From Hypanus sabinus (lineage: Eukaryota): a DNA stretch of 64,000 bases. The notes under the pieces were generated by a model. It searched no databases and was not told the DNA's origin. It saw only the letters and a program-made list of their open reading frames with translations. The stretch spans positions 24,552,001 to 24,616,000 of the forward strand of contig NC_082731.1 in NCBI RefSeq assembly GCF_030144855.1. Direction: 5' to 3'. Position 1 is the stretch's first letter. The number at the start of each line of letters is the position of its first letter. This document shows, one piece after another, positions 11,579 through 23,711 of the stretch. The position numbers were made by a program, and so were the translations under genes.

Positions 11579-12122
11579 TGTTTTTGTACAGCCTAGACTC
11601 TTGATCGCTGCATTATATCTCTCGCACTGTAATAGACAGAGGTATCGTCCGTAAGAAGCAGGCACATATCAACAGTGAAAATATTGTTTGTGAAGACTTT
11701 GGACGGAATGAATCTCTTTCGGATCCCCGGGGCGAAATACTTGCTTGAGGAACTGTACTATGCAAGGAGCCATTCCAGCCCTGTCCCTTGACCTGACGGA
11801 CCAAGTGCATCCCGGCGCTATTGATATCAAACCCGCTGGCTTTACAGGTGAGCTTCACGGATTCTCCGGGTCTGACAATCTCCGCCGGAGGCTGAGACGA
11901 CACGACATTGGAATGGACACTTACAATTTAAACACAAAGAAAGAAACTTGAAGATCAATCTTGAGGCATTGACTCATTTCTTTGGAATTTATAATGAAAA
12001 ACTCGACAGACAGAACGCAATGGAAGATTGACTGAATGAAGGATAGTGAGAAATGTCTCCTTCCCAAATTACGCACGGGGTAATAAAGCCAGAAACACGC
12101 TGACTGAAGGAAGCGATTTCAT
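11579..12122 (-). pseudogene. IGHV: IgH V pseudogene (IgW-like VH) with leader exon and decayed 23-RSS
   Basis: Leader 12077-12122 MKSLPSVSVFLALLP with a gt donor. V exon 11618-11920: VHSNVVSSQPPAEIVRPGESVKLTCKASGFDINSAGMHLVRQVKGQ / LEWLLA*YSSSSKYFAPGIRKRFIPSK...TDDTSVYYSAR. Defects: acceptor AG>AA, W>L, 1-nt deletion, TAG stop, second Cys>Ser, heptamer TATAATG. The 23-nt spacer and ACAAAAACA nonamer are intact. The IgW assignment rests on APGI..RFIPS in FR3 and the downstream CH type. Confidence 0.88.
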
Positions 12123-12206
12123 TATACTGACAAATTCAACTGGAGCGGTATTGCACAACACTTGACGGCATCCGACTGCGGGGAATTTGAACGATTGAGC
12201 GATGGC

Positions 12207-12250
12207 TGACATTTAACCAATCAAATACATGGCTGCGATTATGGGCGGAG
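12207..12250 (-). promoter_or_regulatory. Candidate VH promoter motifs (CRE-like half site, CCAAT, GC box)
   Basis: TGACAT at 12207, CCAAT at 12217-12221 and GGGCGGAG at 12243-12250, 85-128 nt upstream of the leader ATG. No octamer is seen. Confidence 0.3.
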
Positions 12251-13949
12251 CCTATAGGTTGTGCGGTCTCTTTGGTTCTGTGATGTTATACACCGAAACC
12301 ACAACCAGCTTGACTCATATCTCCAAAGTTGGTAGCAATTAAAAATAAACGCAATGACTACACTTAACATTTAATANNNNNNNNNNNNNNNNNNNNNNNN
12401 NNNNNNNNNNNNNNNNNNNNNNNNNNNNNNNNNNNNNNNNNNNNNNNNNNNNNNNNNNNNNNNNNNNNNNNNNNNNNNNNNNNNNNNNNNNNNNNNNNNN
12501 NNNNNNNNNNNNNNNNNNNNNNNNNNNNNNNNNNNNNNNNNNNNNNNNNNNNNNNNNNNNNNNNNNNNNNNNNNNNGAAGTTTATGCGTATTGTGTATTT
12601 TTATTTTTGCTCAAAAGACATTCGTTGATTTATTGTGTGTCGTGTACATGTTTCATTGCAAATCATTTTCCGATCAGTACGTTATTCATAGCGATGAGAT
12701 TACTCCCTATGTACCAAATGGAAAGTCGATTTGAGGGAAGAATTGTCAGGTGCAAATACAGACTTGACTGGAGGAACAACTTTGATTAATGTAATTCAAT
12801 TATTATATTATGCCTCTCGGTTGCAGACCTCTTCTGCACGAATGCTGCACGTTCTGGAGAAACTAACTAACGTATTAATCTTCCCTGGCAGCGCTCTCAA
12901 AACACGTGGAATCATTATCTATTATACAATAACAACAGCAACATAAAACCTGACAAACACATCTCCCTAAGCAAAGTAACTTTAAATTTAACTGCATACA
13001 CTCTCGAACTAAATATGTAAACACAGACAAAAAGAGAGTAACTTTGTTTAAGGCCTTCAATAATATTAAACTTTCTGTCAGGAGACGCCTAAGATTCCGC
13101 AGTTTTAGACTGATACCACATACACTTTATTCTAGCAGGGTCCTTATACCTTAATGTTCATTCTGCACGAAGTCTCCACAACCTGCCTAGAATCATAAGC
13201 CCAGTATTCGCTCATAAAAAAACATTGATGTAGAACGATATAGAAGAGCACAGGTCATTAGGTGCACGATGATATTTTGACTTACTCCAGGAATAATCTA
13301 AATTTCCCTCATACATAGTCCTGCAATTTTCTTCCATCTCTGAACCTCTCTAAGAGTTTATTAAATGCCCTTGCATCTATTCCTACTATGACCCCGGGAG
13401 TGGCTTTTCACTCACTACAGCTTTCGGTTTGTCTGTTTCTTTTTTTATTGACTAACATTTAGCGTGAAATAGACCTTACAGCTTTTCGACCAACGCCGCT
13501 CCGAAATTCCCCATTTTCACCCCAACCTATCCATAGGAAAATGTCCAATGGCCAATTAACTTAACTTCCTTGGACTATGGTAGGAAAGTGTAGCACCTCG
13601 AAGATAGCATGCGGTCACGGGGAGAACGTGCAGGCAGCGGCGGGAATTGAAGCATTCTGACAACTACTATATTACAGTACCTCCCATTACTGCGTTCCTA
13701 CCTCCGAAGCTTCCTTCCAATCGCCTGCAACGTTAGCTCCAAATTCATAAACTGAAAAGCACGAGGAATAAAAAATATGTTCATAAATGTAAACATATAT
13801 TTACCTTTAACAATATATGGTGACAGTGAGAGTGTGTGTATGTATGCATAGAATGAAGATGGTCTACATACTAACTAACTTACGTCATGCTTGATTTCTT
13901 AAATAATTTGGTGCATGTACAATCCTGACCTGGGACCCTATCCATTTTA

Positions 13950-14240
13950 ATTTTATTTCACCAACCCGACTTACATTTTAGTTTATGATAAAATGTCTGA
14001 AATCACTCGGCCCCCACAGGTGTCGCTATTCTGCATATCTGCTCCATTGATGAATAATGTTGTGAAGTACGCATTTAGGAACACGCCCATAGGATACTCC
14101 TGCAGGCACGTCTTGCCTTTCTTCACACTGATTTCGTATACGCATTTCCGCAATTAGCCTCCTACACTTGATTAATTTTGTATAATACCTGGGAACATCG
14201 TCCGCTATACCTGCTGAAAATTTTCCTGCGTCCCTGCAGT
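13950..14240 (-). mobile_element. Old CR1 RT fragment
   Basis: Degenerate GV..G.V...VL.NI and FTTLFIN...IS....TK motifs corresponding to the CR1 [15 protein letters not shown]....ISKFADDTK region. Confidence 0.5.
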
Positions 14241-15849
14241 CATGGAGAAGTACAGCTATTTTATAATTGTACGAAGTGTAAAGATACAGTATCTTAAAAT
14301 ATGCTTTCCTGAATGTATTTCCCGTAAGTAAAAGAAATATGTTAACTATTTTCTCTAAAGGAATTTACAAAAAAGATTCATAATCAGAAACTGATACTTA
14401 AAACTTTCAAAAAAAGACAGATTGTGCTAGTAAGTACATGACAGCATAAGTAATAAAAGTGCTTGAAAGCGAATCTGTTAGGTGCAGAATCTATTCCGGA
14501 TTGTACTGAGAAAATTTATCCATACAGATTCAGGAACCGGATAATTTCAGAACAATGACTGTTCCTGAAATCGACCGTATCACGTATAGCTTCTGTGCTT
14601 ATTGCTTGATTGTGATATCATGGCCAGAGATGAGATCATGTCTTGTGTAGTGTGAGACATGATGACTTTTTTTTCTGTAAAACTCAATGTAACACATGCA
14701 GTCAGTCAGGATCCTCTACACTATTGAGCTGTCGAAGTACGTCAAACGTCTAATGACGTGCAGAATTTACATCAATATCGAAGATAGCAAATGGGATATC
14801 TATGAATCGATGTTTTTCTTCGCAATGGGATTTACTATTTGATTTCAGAGCTGACATTTTAACACCGAACAATTTAAAATCCATTTAGCCACTCCAACAC
14901 CGAGGCCACAACAGGGACGGGTCATTTGAACGCCACCATCTTCTTCCTGCTGTCGACAATCATACCGTTCAAAGTGCTTGAGACCGGGGCCAGATTGTTG
15001 TTGTTGTGACACTGCCCTTCAACATAGTCCATCTTCCTTCTAAATGGTAATTAGTCACGACACTGTTAAATCAGTCATCTTTGGTGTCGTTGGCAAACAT
15101 AAATGTGACACAGCATCAGTAGATATGGGAATATTTTAGATATAAATTGCATAAAGACGAAGTATGCACTTGGATTTGTGCTGCACCAGTTGACCGTGAG
15201 GATTGTTTTTTTTTTTCCTTATGTGCACTAACTGCGTGCATGAGTGAAGAAAACGAGGGTTGATTTACACTGAATTTATGAACTTCAGATCTTGCAGCTT
15301 ACTGATGCATTTCCGATTGGATAATATTTTTAAAACAGAGCCGCAGTCAATGAATGTGAACAAAAAATAACATAACATCAGTTCTTGTAATATCGTGGCA
15401 GCAGGAATTACCCGTAAACTTGGATCTATGGGACTCCTTCAGCAGGATAGACATGGTCTATGTCCAAAATCTGACAGCGCACTTTAACATAACAGACAAA
15501 TAGTACCGCGTTCTCTTCGGTGTGATTGAAACCGGTTTGGAACGGATGAGAACCTCGGTCATCCAAACCAAGATGTTTAAAATATCCTGAATACTTTGTT
15601 GTTTATTTCAGGTCTTCAATCCTCCGAAGGTACACCTTCTGAATCAGATGATTTCCGCGGATTCCTCTTCCCGAGCAGTGCTCACATAGCGATCTCTAAC
15701 ACTGAAATCTCAGATTATTCGGGGTGCACTTGAACGTTCGTGATTATTCCTACATATTCATGTATGTTAATATTTAACATTCTCTGCCGTCTATGGCAAT
15801 GCATTCCGCAGACTGCTGGTACTGTAGCTAATTACATTCCTCCTTATCT

Positions 15850-16800
15850 CTTAACTTTTTTTTTATTTCGGGATGGTATTTTCTGATCCACGATTGTTCA
15901 ATCCTTGGAAAATTCCGATTCATGTGCACTCTATCTGCTTATCTTTATGTTCAATACATTTCAAAGTAATTCACTTCAATTTTCTCAAATTCTAGCAAGT
16001 AGATGTCCACAGCCAACAAGCGATCCACAAACATTTTGTTCTTATTGTGCGAATGATACCGGAGAAACGCTCCGTATCCTCTCCATCACCAGCTCATCCT
16101 TTCTGAATTCTAGGGTACTAAATTGCTTACAGCTTTCAAGGGGTTGTCTGGCCAATCCCTAAAAAAGCTTCAGCATTACACACTTGCTTTTCTAATCTAG
16201 TCCTCTAGAACTAGATATAATATTGTTATTTGCTCTTGACAACCGACACAACTTGCATGGTGTCCTTTACCGTTTCGAACACGAGGACTCAGTACTCACT
16301 TCCGTTTTCTCAATTTCTCTCCACTTTAGATAATATTCTAAATGTTTATTACTTCCTCTAAAGTGCCTGAAGATATCGGCCACTGCTCAGTAAAACAGGG
16401 ACCACATCGTTGACAATTCTACTAATCTATCTTCGTATTTCTTCCAAACTTGGGTCTCCTGAAAGTCACAAATCAGCAAGTCCAGAAGATCTTTTTCTTC
16501 CTATGTTCTGCCTGGCCTCATTCATCTCTCTATATATTCCATCGTATACGGACGCGCAGAGGAATCCATTGCACTATATCACCCGGTACTATTGTACACT
16601 AAATTATTAATGATTCCGCACTTTTCCCATAAACCATGCGAATATTGGTGTGGCACCATAAACTGCAGCAGCTTCAAGTTTATGCTCCTTCGGTAGCAAT
16701 ATTCGTATTGATGGGAAATGCACTGATCTCCCGTATTTTACTGAAATGGATGTACTCGGCATCACAGCGAGTATTGATAAGGGATATTATGAAGAAAGAG
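15850..16800 (-). mobile_element. Old CR1 fragments (antisense)
   Basis: The reverse complement shows degenerate CR1 endonuclease and linker wording. Confidence 0.45.
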
Positions 16801-17756
16801 AAATGGAAGGATTACTAAATAAACTTTTATCTAAAACTTCACATAACAAAATATCATAGGGAGTTATATCATAGGGATTTCAAACTATCACTGGAAGGAA
16901 TTACTCTGTAATTAAACGGCGTTTTTTTCAGCAAATATTAAACCTGATTAACGTTACCTGAGTGTCATGAATGAAGCGCTTTTGGAAATTAGAAATATGT
17001 GACAGACTCTCAGCCGGTGCTGAAGTTTTCTCTATAGGGGTAATGAAATGCGAAGCTAAACTGATCTTGATGGGCGTGTAGTACAAGTTCAAACCAAGCA
17101 ATAGTCATCCAGTGTTCGACAATCACAACGGGAGATAGAAAATGCATGCAAAACGGGTGATATTACAATATGCATGAGGGAAGTCAATACGCAGGTATAC
17201 TTGGAAGATCTATTTGTGCTGGATTCGCTCAAGGGGAGTTTCTATAGCGCCTACGAGATGCATCTTTAGAGCATTTCATGGCTGAACCGACGACGAAGCA
17301 GATTTATGGCAAACATTAAGGTTAATGCACCTATCAAGGCAAATGATCATGACATGATTAAATTCAAACTGAAATTTGAGAATGACTGTCAGATGTACCA
17401 GTATCCGGTGTAGAAATGGGAATTACAGAAGTATCAAAGAGGAGCTGGACATAATTATTTGGATATAATATTGCAGGGGTGACAGCAAGGAACGAAAAAC
17501 AAGGATTTCTGGAAGCTATTCCAGATGGCTGAACGTTGGCTAACTAGAGAATTAAAGGCCAGTATAATAGCCAATAGAACGGACGAATCATAGAGAATTA
17601 CCGCACGGAGACAGGCCTTTTAACCCTTCTTGGCTGAGGAGAACCATTTTTCTGTCTGGTCCCACTGACTTAACCCACCATATAACCATATAACCCCTGG
17701 ACCTTAACCCACCATATACCCCTCCTCCATGTACCAAGTTTTCCTTAAATGTTAAA

Positions 17757-18630
17757 AAGAATCAGAATCAGAATCGGAATCAGAATCAGATTTTAATCGC
17801 CAAGTACCTGTGCACATACAAGGAATTTACTTCCGGCAGATGTTGTCTCTCTGCTCATAACAATAATAATGATAAATATAAATGAAAACATAGATTATAC
17901 ATACAAGTAGTGCAATCCAAGTAATAGTTAGCCGACAGTTAACCGGCAGTTAACTGTTCAGCAAAGTGACCGCAGTAGGGAACAAACTTTTTCAGTGCCT
18001 ATTGGTCTTAGTCTGGAGGGATCTGAAGCGCCTACCAGACGGAAGAAAGTTCAAACAATCCTTGCGCAGGATGGAAGAAATCCTTTATGATGTTCCCCGG
18101 CATCTTCTTCAACCTGCAAGAGTACAGGTCCACAATAGAGGGCAGGGAGGCTCCAATGATGCGCTCGGCAGTCCTCACTGTGCGCTGTAGTCTGGTTCTA
18201 TCCTGCTTGGTGGCGGCTCCAAACCACACAGTGAAGGAGGTGCACAGGACAGATTCAATGACTGCAGTATAGAACTGCAGCAGCAATTCCTGAGACAGAC
18301 CATATTTCCTCAAGAGCCTCAGGAAGTACATCTGCTGCTGGGCCTTCTTCAGGATGGAGCTGTTCTGCTCCCACTTCAGATCCTGAGAGATGGTGGTTCC
18401 CAGGAACCTGAAGTTCTCCACGGTGGGCACAGGGTTGCCAAGGACTGTGAGGGGGGATATAACGGGGGGATGTCTCCTGAAATCCACCATCATCTCCTTT
18501 GTCTTGAGCGTGTTCAGCTCCAGATTGTTCCGAATGCACCAGAGCGACAGTTGGTCCACCTGCTGTCGATATGCAGACTAATCACTGTTCTGGATGAGAC
18601 CGATGACGGTGGTGTCGTCTGCAAACTTCA
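17757..18630 (-). mobile_element. Rex1/Babar-type LINE 3' fragment
   Basis: ORF 18032-18559: WCIRNNLELNTLKTKEMMVDFRR...FRFLGTTISQDLKW...KKAQQQMYFLR; KFADDTTVIGLI; (TTCTGA)n tail at 17757-17790. Confidence 0.85.
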
Positions 18631-19149
18631 AAATCTTCAAAAGTGAGCCCGTATTTACCACTTCATCTGTCAGCTCATTCCACTCGCTCATCACTCTCTG
18701 CGAGAAGAAGCCCCCACCCCTAATAATGTTCTCTTTAAACCTTTCCCCCTTCACCCTTAACCCGTGTACTTTTTTTTCTGCCCTAGCCTCAATTGAAGAA
18801 AAAACTGTTCTGCCTTCACTCGTCATAATTTTATATACCTCTATCAAATCTCCTCATTGTTCTACGCTCCAGGGAATAAAGTCCTAACCTTTTCAAGCTT
18901 TCTCAATAACTCAGTACCTCAAGTCCCGGCAACATCCTTGTAAACCTTCTCTGCACACTTTCAAACTTAGTAATATCCTTCATTAATAAGGTAACCAGAA
19001 CTGCACACAGAACTCCAAATGCAGCCTCACCAATGCCTTATACAACCTCACCATAACATTCCAACTCTTATACTCTACAGAGTAACAGAGCAAATTCACA
19101 GTGTTCGGATCTATATCATCGAGTCTGTCACTGTGACTCAGTATGGAAG

Positions 19150-21450
19150 GACGGAGAACAGGAACGCAGTATTGATAGGAAAATCGTTAATTAGGTGTGC
19201 GGACAGTAGGTTTGGTGGATGAAGAAAATGATTCCCCAACAGTTTGCGTCTTGCTGGGTGTCAGTGTCCGGGATATTCCTAAGAAAGAGCGTGAGGACCC
19301 AGAAAACGTTGTCTATGTACAGTAGGTATCAATAAAATGGGCATGATGAATGACGAGTTTCTTAATGCTAGTTCACGTATTTAGTTGTAAAGCTAAGAGC
19401 AAGATCTCAGATATTGTGATCTCAGGGATTGCTACACGTGCGACGTGCTAGTGTGGCCAGAACAGGGGAAAACATAAAGTTTAATCCATGTCTCAGAAAT
19501 TGGTAAGGGCGGCATAAAATATTAAGATTTGACGGTTTTCTTCTTCGAAAGATAAGGCACTTTCAAGCGGGGCGGATTGCTTCTGAATTGCATTGGGCTA
19601 ATAACTTCGACTTAAAAAGTTAGTTATCAGAAGCTTGAAATTCGTATGATTACTGATGAGCTCTCTTTATTTCAAATCATGAAATATTGTTGGCTTGGGG
19701 GAACAATAGTGCTTTAAAGAGATAACTGGATTAAAAAGAGATGCAACCTGTGGTGAGAAGAGGCAGTTGAGACGGCAACCTTGAAAACAATCAGTTAAGG
19801 TGAAATGTAAAGTACGGACAAAATCGAAACGGGTGAATGCAGGTCTGAATTTGCTGTATACATAATGAGGTAGATGAACTTGCAGCACTGCTGCAGATTG
19901 GAGGTATGATCTTCTAGGCATCACTGAATAGTGACTGAAAGATAATAACTGGGAACTTAATGTCCAAAGATATGCATTGCATCGAAACAGTGAGCAAGGA
20001 AGTAAAGCGGTCAGCGTTGTTCTGTCGGTATAAACTATCATTATCTTATTAAGCAGGGTAAAAAAAAAACATCAGAATCTATTAATTCATTGTGGATACA
20101 GCTGATAAACTGCAAGGGTAAAACAGACCTTGATGGTAGTTGCTAACAGACCTCTCAACGTTTCTAGTCACTGAACTACAAATCATAATTGAATATAGAA
20201 AATAAGTGCCATACTGCATTACTAAAATACTCATGCGGAGGTCAATGTGACAGTAGATTGGGAAAATGAAGTTGGAGCGGAGTTAAAGAAGTGGAATTTT
20301 CAAGGGTTCAACAAGATATTTGGTTGAGAACTTGTTGTTGTGCCCACGAGAGGATCAGCTAATCTGCATTGGTTGGTGTGCTACGAACAAAAATTGTTTG
20401 CAGGCTTAAAGTTACAATCGTTCTTCGGAGAAAGTAATCATAATATTATAGAGATTACCCTAAAATCTGAGAATGAGAGGTTCAAGGCAGAGGGATTATT
20501 ATTCCTGTGCAGTAAATGGAATAACAAAGGCATGCTGGACGAATTGGGCAGGAATGTTTGGAAAGGAAGACTGGTGGGTTAGACGACAGAGCAGCAATGG
20601 CTGTAATTTCGCACGACAATCAGGAAGGAAAAGGATACACATATACCAAGGAGGAAGATGCATTCTAAAGGAAAGATGATACGGCCGTGAGTAAAAAGAA
20701 AAATCAAAGTAAAGGGAAACGTATAAGCGAGCGCATATAATAGAGCAAAATCTGGTTAAAGTGTAGAGGATTGAATAGTTCTTTTTAACGAAAAAGCGAC
20801 AAAAACGCTATCAAGCGGAAAAGAAAGAATGAGCAAGTAAGCTGGCCAATAATATTAAAGAAGATACCATTTTTTCTTCTAATTCGAGAGTGAATATTAG
20901 AGTGCTGATTCTTGAAGTGATTCAGAACAGAACTCACGGCGTCAGTTAATTAAAAAGCGCAATAAATTTTCTATTCACGTCAGGAAGGCCAGAGGAGCTG
21001 CGACGGTATGATATCTATATAGAATCTTTAGGCATTTCTTCCAGGGAATTCTAGTGAATATGTGTAAGACAAGATATTCCTTTGTTGGAGACACTGCAGT
21101 AGTTTACCTTATGTGAACCCGACCTGACGTACAAAGTAGAGATTACATCATGTGGTTTCAATCACATGGGGTTTCCTGAGTGATGAACTATATAAAATAT
21201 TAAGCATTTTTCAATCGATTGGCGGCTAGATACGGTGAATAGTATTCTTCAGTTGTTGTCCAGAAGTAAGGAGCGATGCGTCACGTTAAAAATCGAGGCC
21301 GATGATAACGACGAATTTAACCATTTTTTTTAAAGAAATGTGATAATTTAGACATCTACCTCTATGGAAGTGGAGAAGACAACTCTCAATAAGTTAAAAA
21401 TGGAGATTTATCGAAATCTAAATCACAAGTGAGGTAATTCATACGGGATA
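19150..21450 (+). mobile_element. Degenerate, internally deleted CR1 (ORF1 esterase, endonuclease and 3' end remnants)
   Basis: VLIGKSLIRCADSRF (GDS-esterase-like), endonuclease-like remnants and CR1 3' wording. An antisense CR1 piece precedes it at ~18632-19060. Confidence 0.6.
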
Positions 21451-22409
21451 TAACCGAAAAGTGGCACCAAGGCGAAGAGACTTTAGACACTGAACGATTA
21501 AAAGCGAGAATTCGTCCGAGAGAAGGACAGACCCAACCTAAAAGCTTTTATGAACGTTCGTGTGTTTGGTGATTTCCATGATGCTGCCTGCCTCGTTGAG
21601 TGCCTAAAACATTTTCTGCATATTACTTCAATAGTTTTCTGCTGTCGCATAAACTTACCATGCAGATATGATACCAGTTTTGTACGGCCTTCCTTAAGAA
21701 ATGGAAATGGCCTATTTTGAAGTAAAGTAAAATCATTACACTAGTTTTATAAATTATGCCAGGAATTTTCTCCCTAACGACTTTGTTTCAATCAGTTAGT
21801 CACGCGGTCTTAAAACATTCCTGAATTAAATGCTGTTTAAGGTGAATAATTAAATGTTTCGATGGGGATCTTCCTCGAAGCAGGGAGAATGAAGTATCAC
21901 CATTCGGCTCTTTGCGGCTCTCCAATCCCAGAATTTAATTTTGGCTGATCCTACGATTTACATACTGTATTCCTGCTCCTCCAGATACCATTCTGGAGAA
22001 ACAATTTAACCACAGGCTTTTAAGAAGCTACTTATTGATTCGATACATGATTTCTCTCCCTGTCCAGCACACTTATCTCACTCCACAGCGGACTGCAGTC
22101 GACAATTTCAGAACGCGAGCATGTTTTTTTTGGATCCACCAATCTGGCGAGCATTGTGACGCGTATTTACAGTGTAGCATGAGACTATCCGGGCAGATTT
22201 TGAAGTCGTTAGTTAGAAATGGCCTTGGCAGCATTCTACCACTTATGCTTTTGTTGGAAGCAACTGTTTAATGCACAAACTGCACAGCTCTTTCCCTTCA
22301 GTTACTCTGTTAACGTTTATTTGCGCCAGACTTAGAAATATTGGATTCTTGCGACAGAAAACTGGTAATGTGGAGTGAGAGGGAACTGAAAATAAAGTTT
22401 ACTTACCGA

Positions 22410-22504
22410 TTAATTTAAGTTGATATATAAAGCAGTTATATATGAAGGAAGGTCATGTTTAATTTAAGTTGATATATAAAGCAGTTGTATATGAAGGAAG
22501 GTCA
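22410..22504 (+). repeat. Direct tandem duplication, 2 x 46 bp
   Basis: TTAATTTAAGTTGATATATAAAGCAGTT(A/G)TATATGAAGGAAGGTCA at 22410-22455 and 22459-22504, one mismatch. Confidence 0.9.
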
Positions 22505-23099
22505 GAATGCTTTTGTGATACAGCCCATGAAATCAGCAGAGTGAACTTAATCTTGGAGATAGCTCAAATTAAATTGGGTGGTATCAAATGAGCGATAAGG
22601 TAGTTTAGAGCACGCAGATTGAATGTTAAGTTCCATTTCCTCAGTGATGGCAGTAGCACAGCATGTGGTTTAAAGACTTCCCTTTAAAATTGCAAAGCAA
22701 CGCAATGTCAAAGGTAAAATAGTCTTTCATATATTGTATTCATCCCTTCTTCTTAAACTTTTTCTTCCATTAGCACTGCACATTTAAACGGGATTGCACG
22801 CGAAATACATTATTGCAAATATTGCTGCTTATTGTAATGTTTGCAATTAATTATTTTCCCATCCACATGTAATTTCAATCTCTCATTCCGTTTCTGTGGC
22901 AGGAGTCCAACTTTTGACTTTACTGAAATAACTGAAAGGAAACACCTGTGTGTCCCATGCAATGAAAGACAAACTTTTTCCCCTCGGCTGCTCAGATACA
23001 GAAAGCAATTGAATATGAATTGAATACTATGAGATCACATCTTCCCAGCAACAGGTCTCACACACTCTAAAAAAGAAGACTTACTGGTTAGGGGGTGCA

Positions 23100-23545
23100 G
23101 CACTCAGATTAAATCCAAATTTGCCATGGCCCTTACAGTACACTGACCTAAAGTTCATCAACAATCTGTGGATAGACACGAAAGGAGCAGTGTATGCAAG
23201 TCGGCCGAAGATTCGCACAGAACTGGAAGCCTTTTGCAAGGCAGAATGTGGGAAAATCCATCAAGAAATAATTAGAGGCCTCTTAGCTGGCTATAGAAAG
23301 ATTTTACAAGCTGTGATACTAGCCAAACGGGTTGCTACTAACAATTAAGTTTTGCTTTGGGCCCTTTTCCTTTTATGTTATTTTGAAACTATAAAAGTTG
23401 AAATTAATTAAAAAATCGTATTCTTGCTAAAATAACAAAGACATGTGTCATCTTTAACTTTGTAGCTTTTGGAAATCCGTTAACCTTTTAGTCGTTTCAC
23501 AGTGACAGAAATGTTGACCAGTGGTACCCAAACTTTTGCATTCCA
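23100..23545 (+). mobile_element. Tc1 transposon 3' fragment
   Basis: ORF 23121-23348 WPLQYTDLKFINNLW...ELEAFCKAECGKI...GYRKILQAVILAK matches the Tc1 C-terminus (WPSQSPDLNPIENLW); a terminal-repeat-like CAGTGGTACCCAAACTTTTGCA follows. Confidence 0.75.
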
Positions 23546-23711
23546 ATTTATGTGCAGCAAACGCTCGTAAGCAGGAGGAAACACATGAGGAAATACGGGA
23601 TATCAAATAAAGGACGATAAACTGGCACAATATAGTTGAACAAAACATTCCTGGTTCTTATCTTAGATACGTGTTCAGATATCATTTAAGTTAAGCCTGC
23701 CCTATCCTGCT

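Noticed and set aside
13970-14235. Apparent Ig-like exon on the minus strand with good acceptor and donor
   Set aside because: The translations match a degenerate CR1 RT (GVPQGSV / FIND / ISKFADDTK region).
14400-14620. Possible additional decayed V on the minus strand
   Set aside because: It needs too many corrections and has no first Cys or RSS.
14920-15010. Hydrophobic TM-like peptide on the plus strand (ATIFFLLSTII)
   Set aside because: It is the antisense of a Rex1/Babar motif (NNL..N....MIVD.RK).
15612-15735. Plus-strand GLQS...ISNTEISD V-like fragment
   Set aside because: Too short, lacks Cys and Trp, and lies on the opposite strand to all other segments.
21950-22230. V-like LMLHCKY..WWIQK on the minus strand
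   Set aside because: Neighbouring frames read as CR1 RT (NYRPVSL / KSC..N / FF region).
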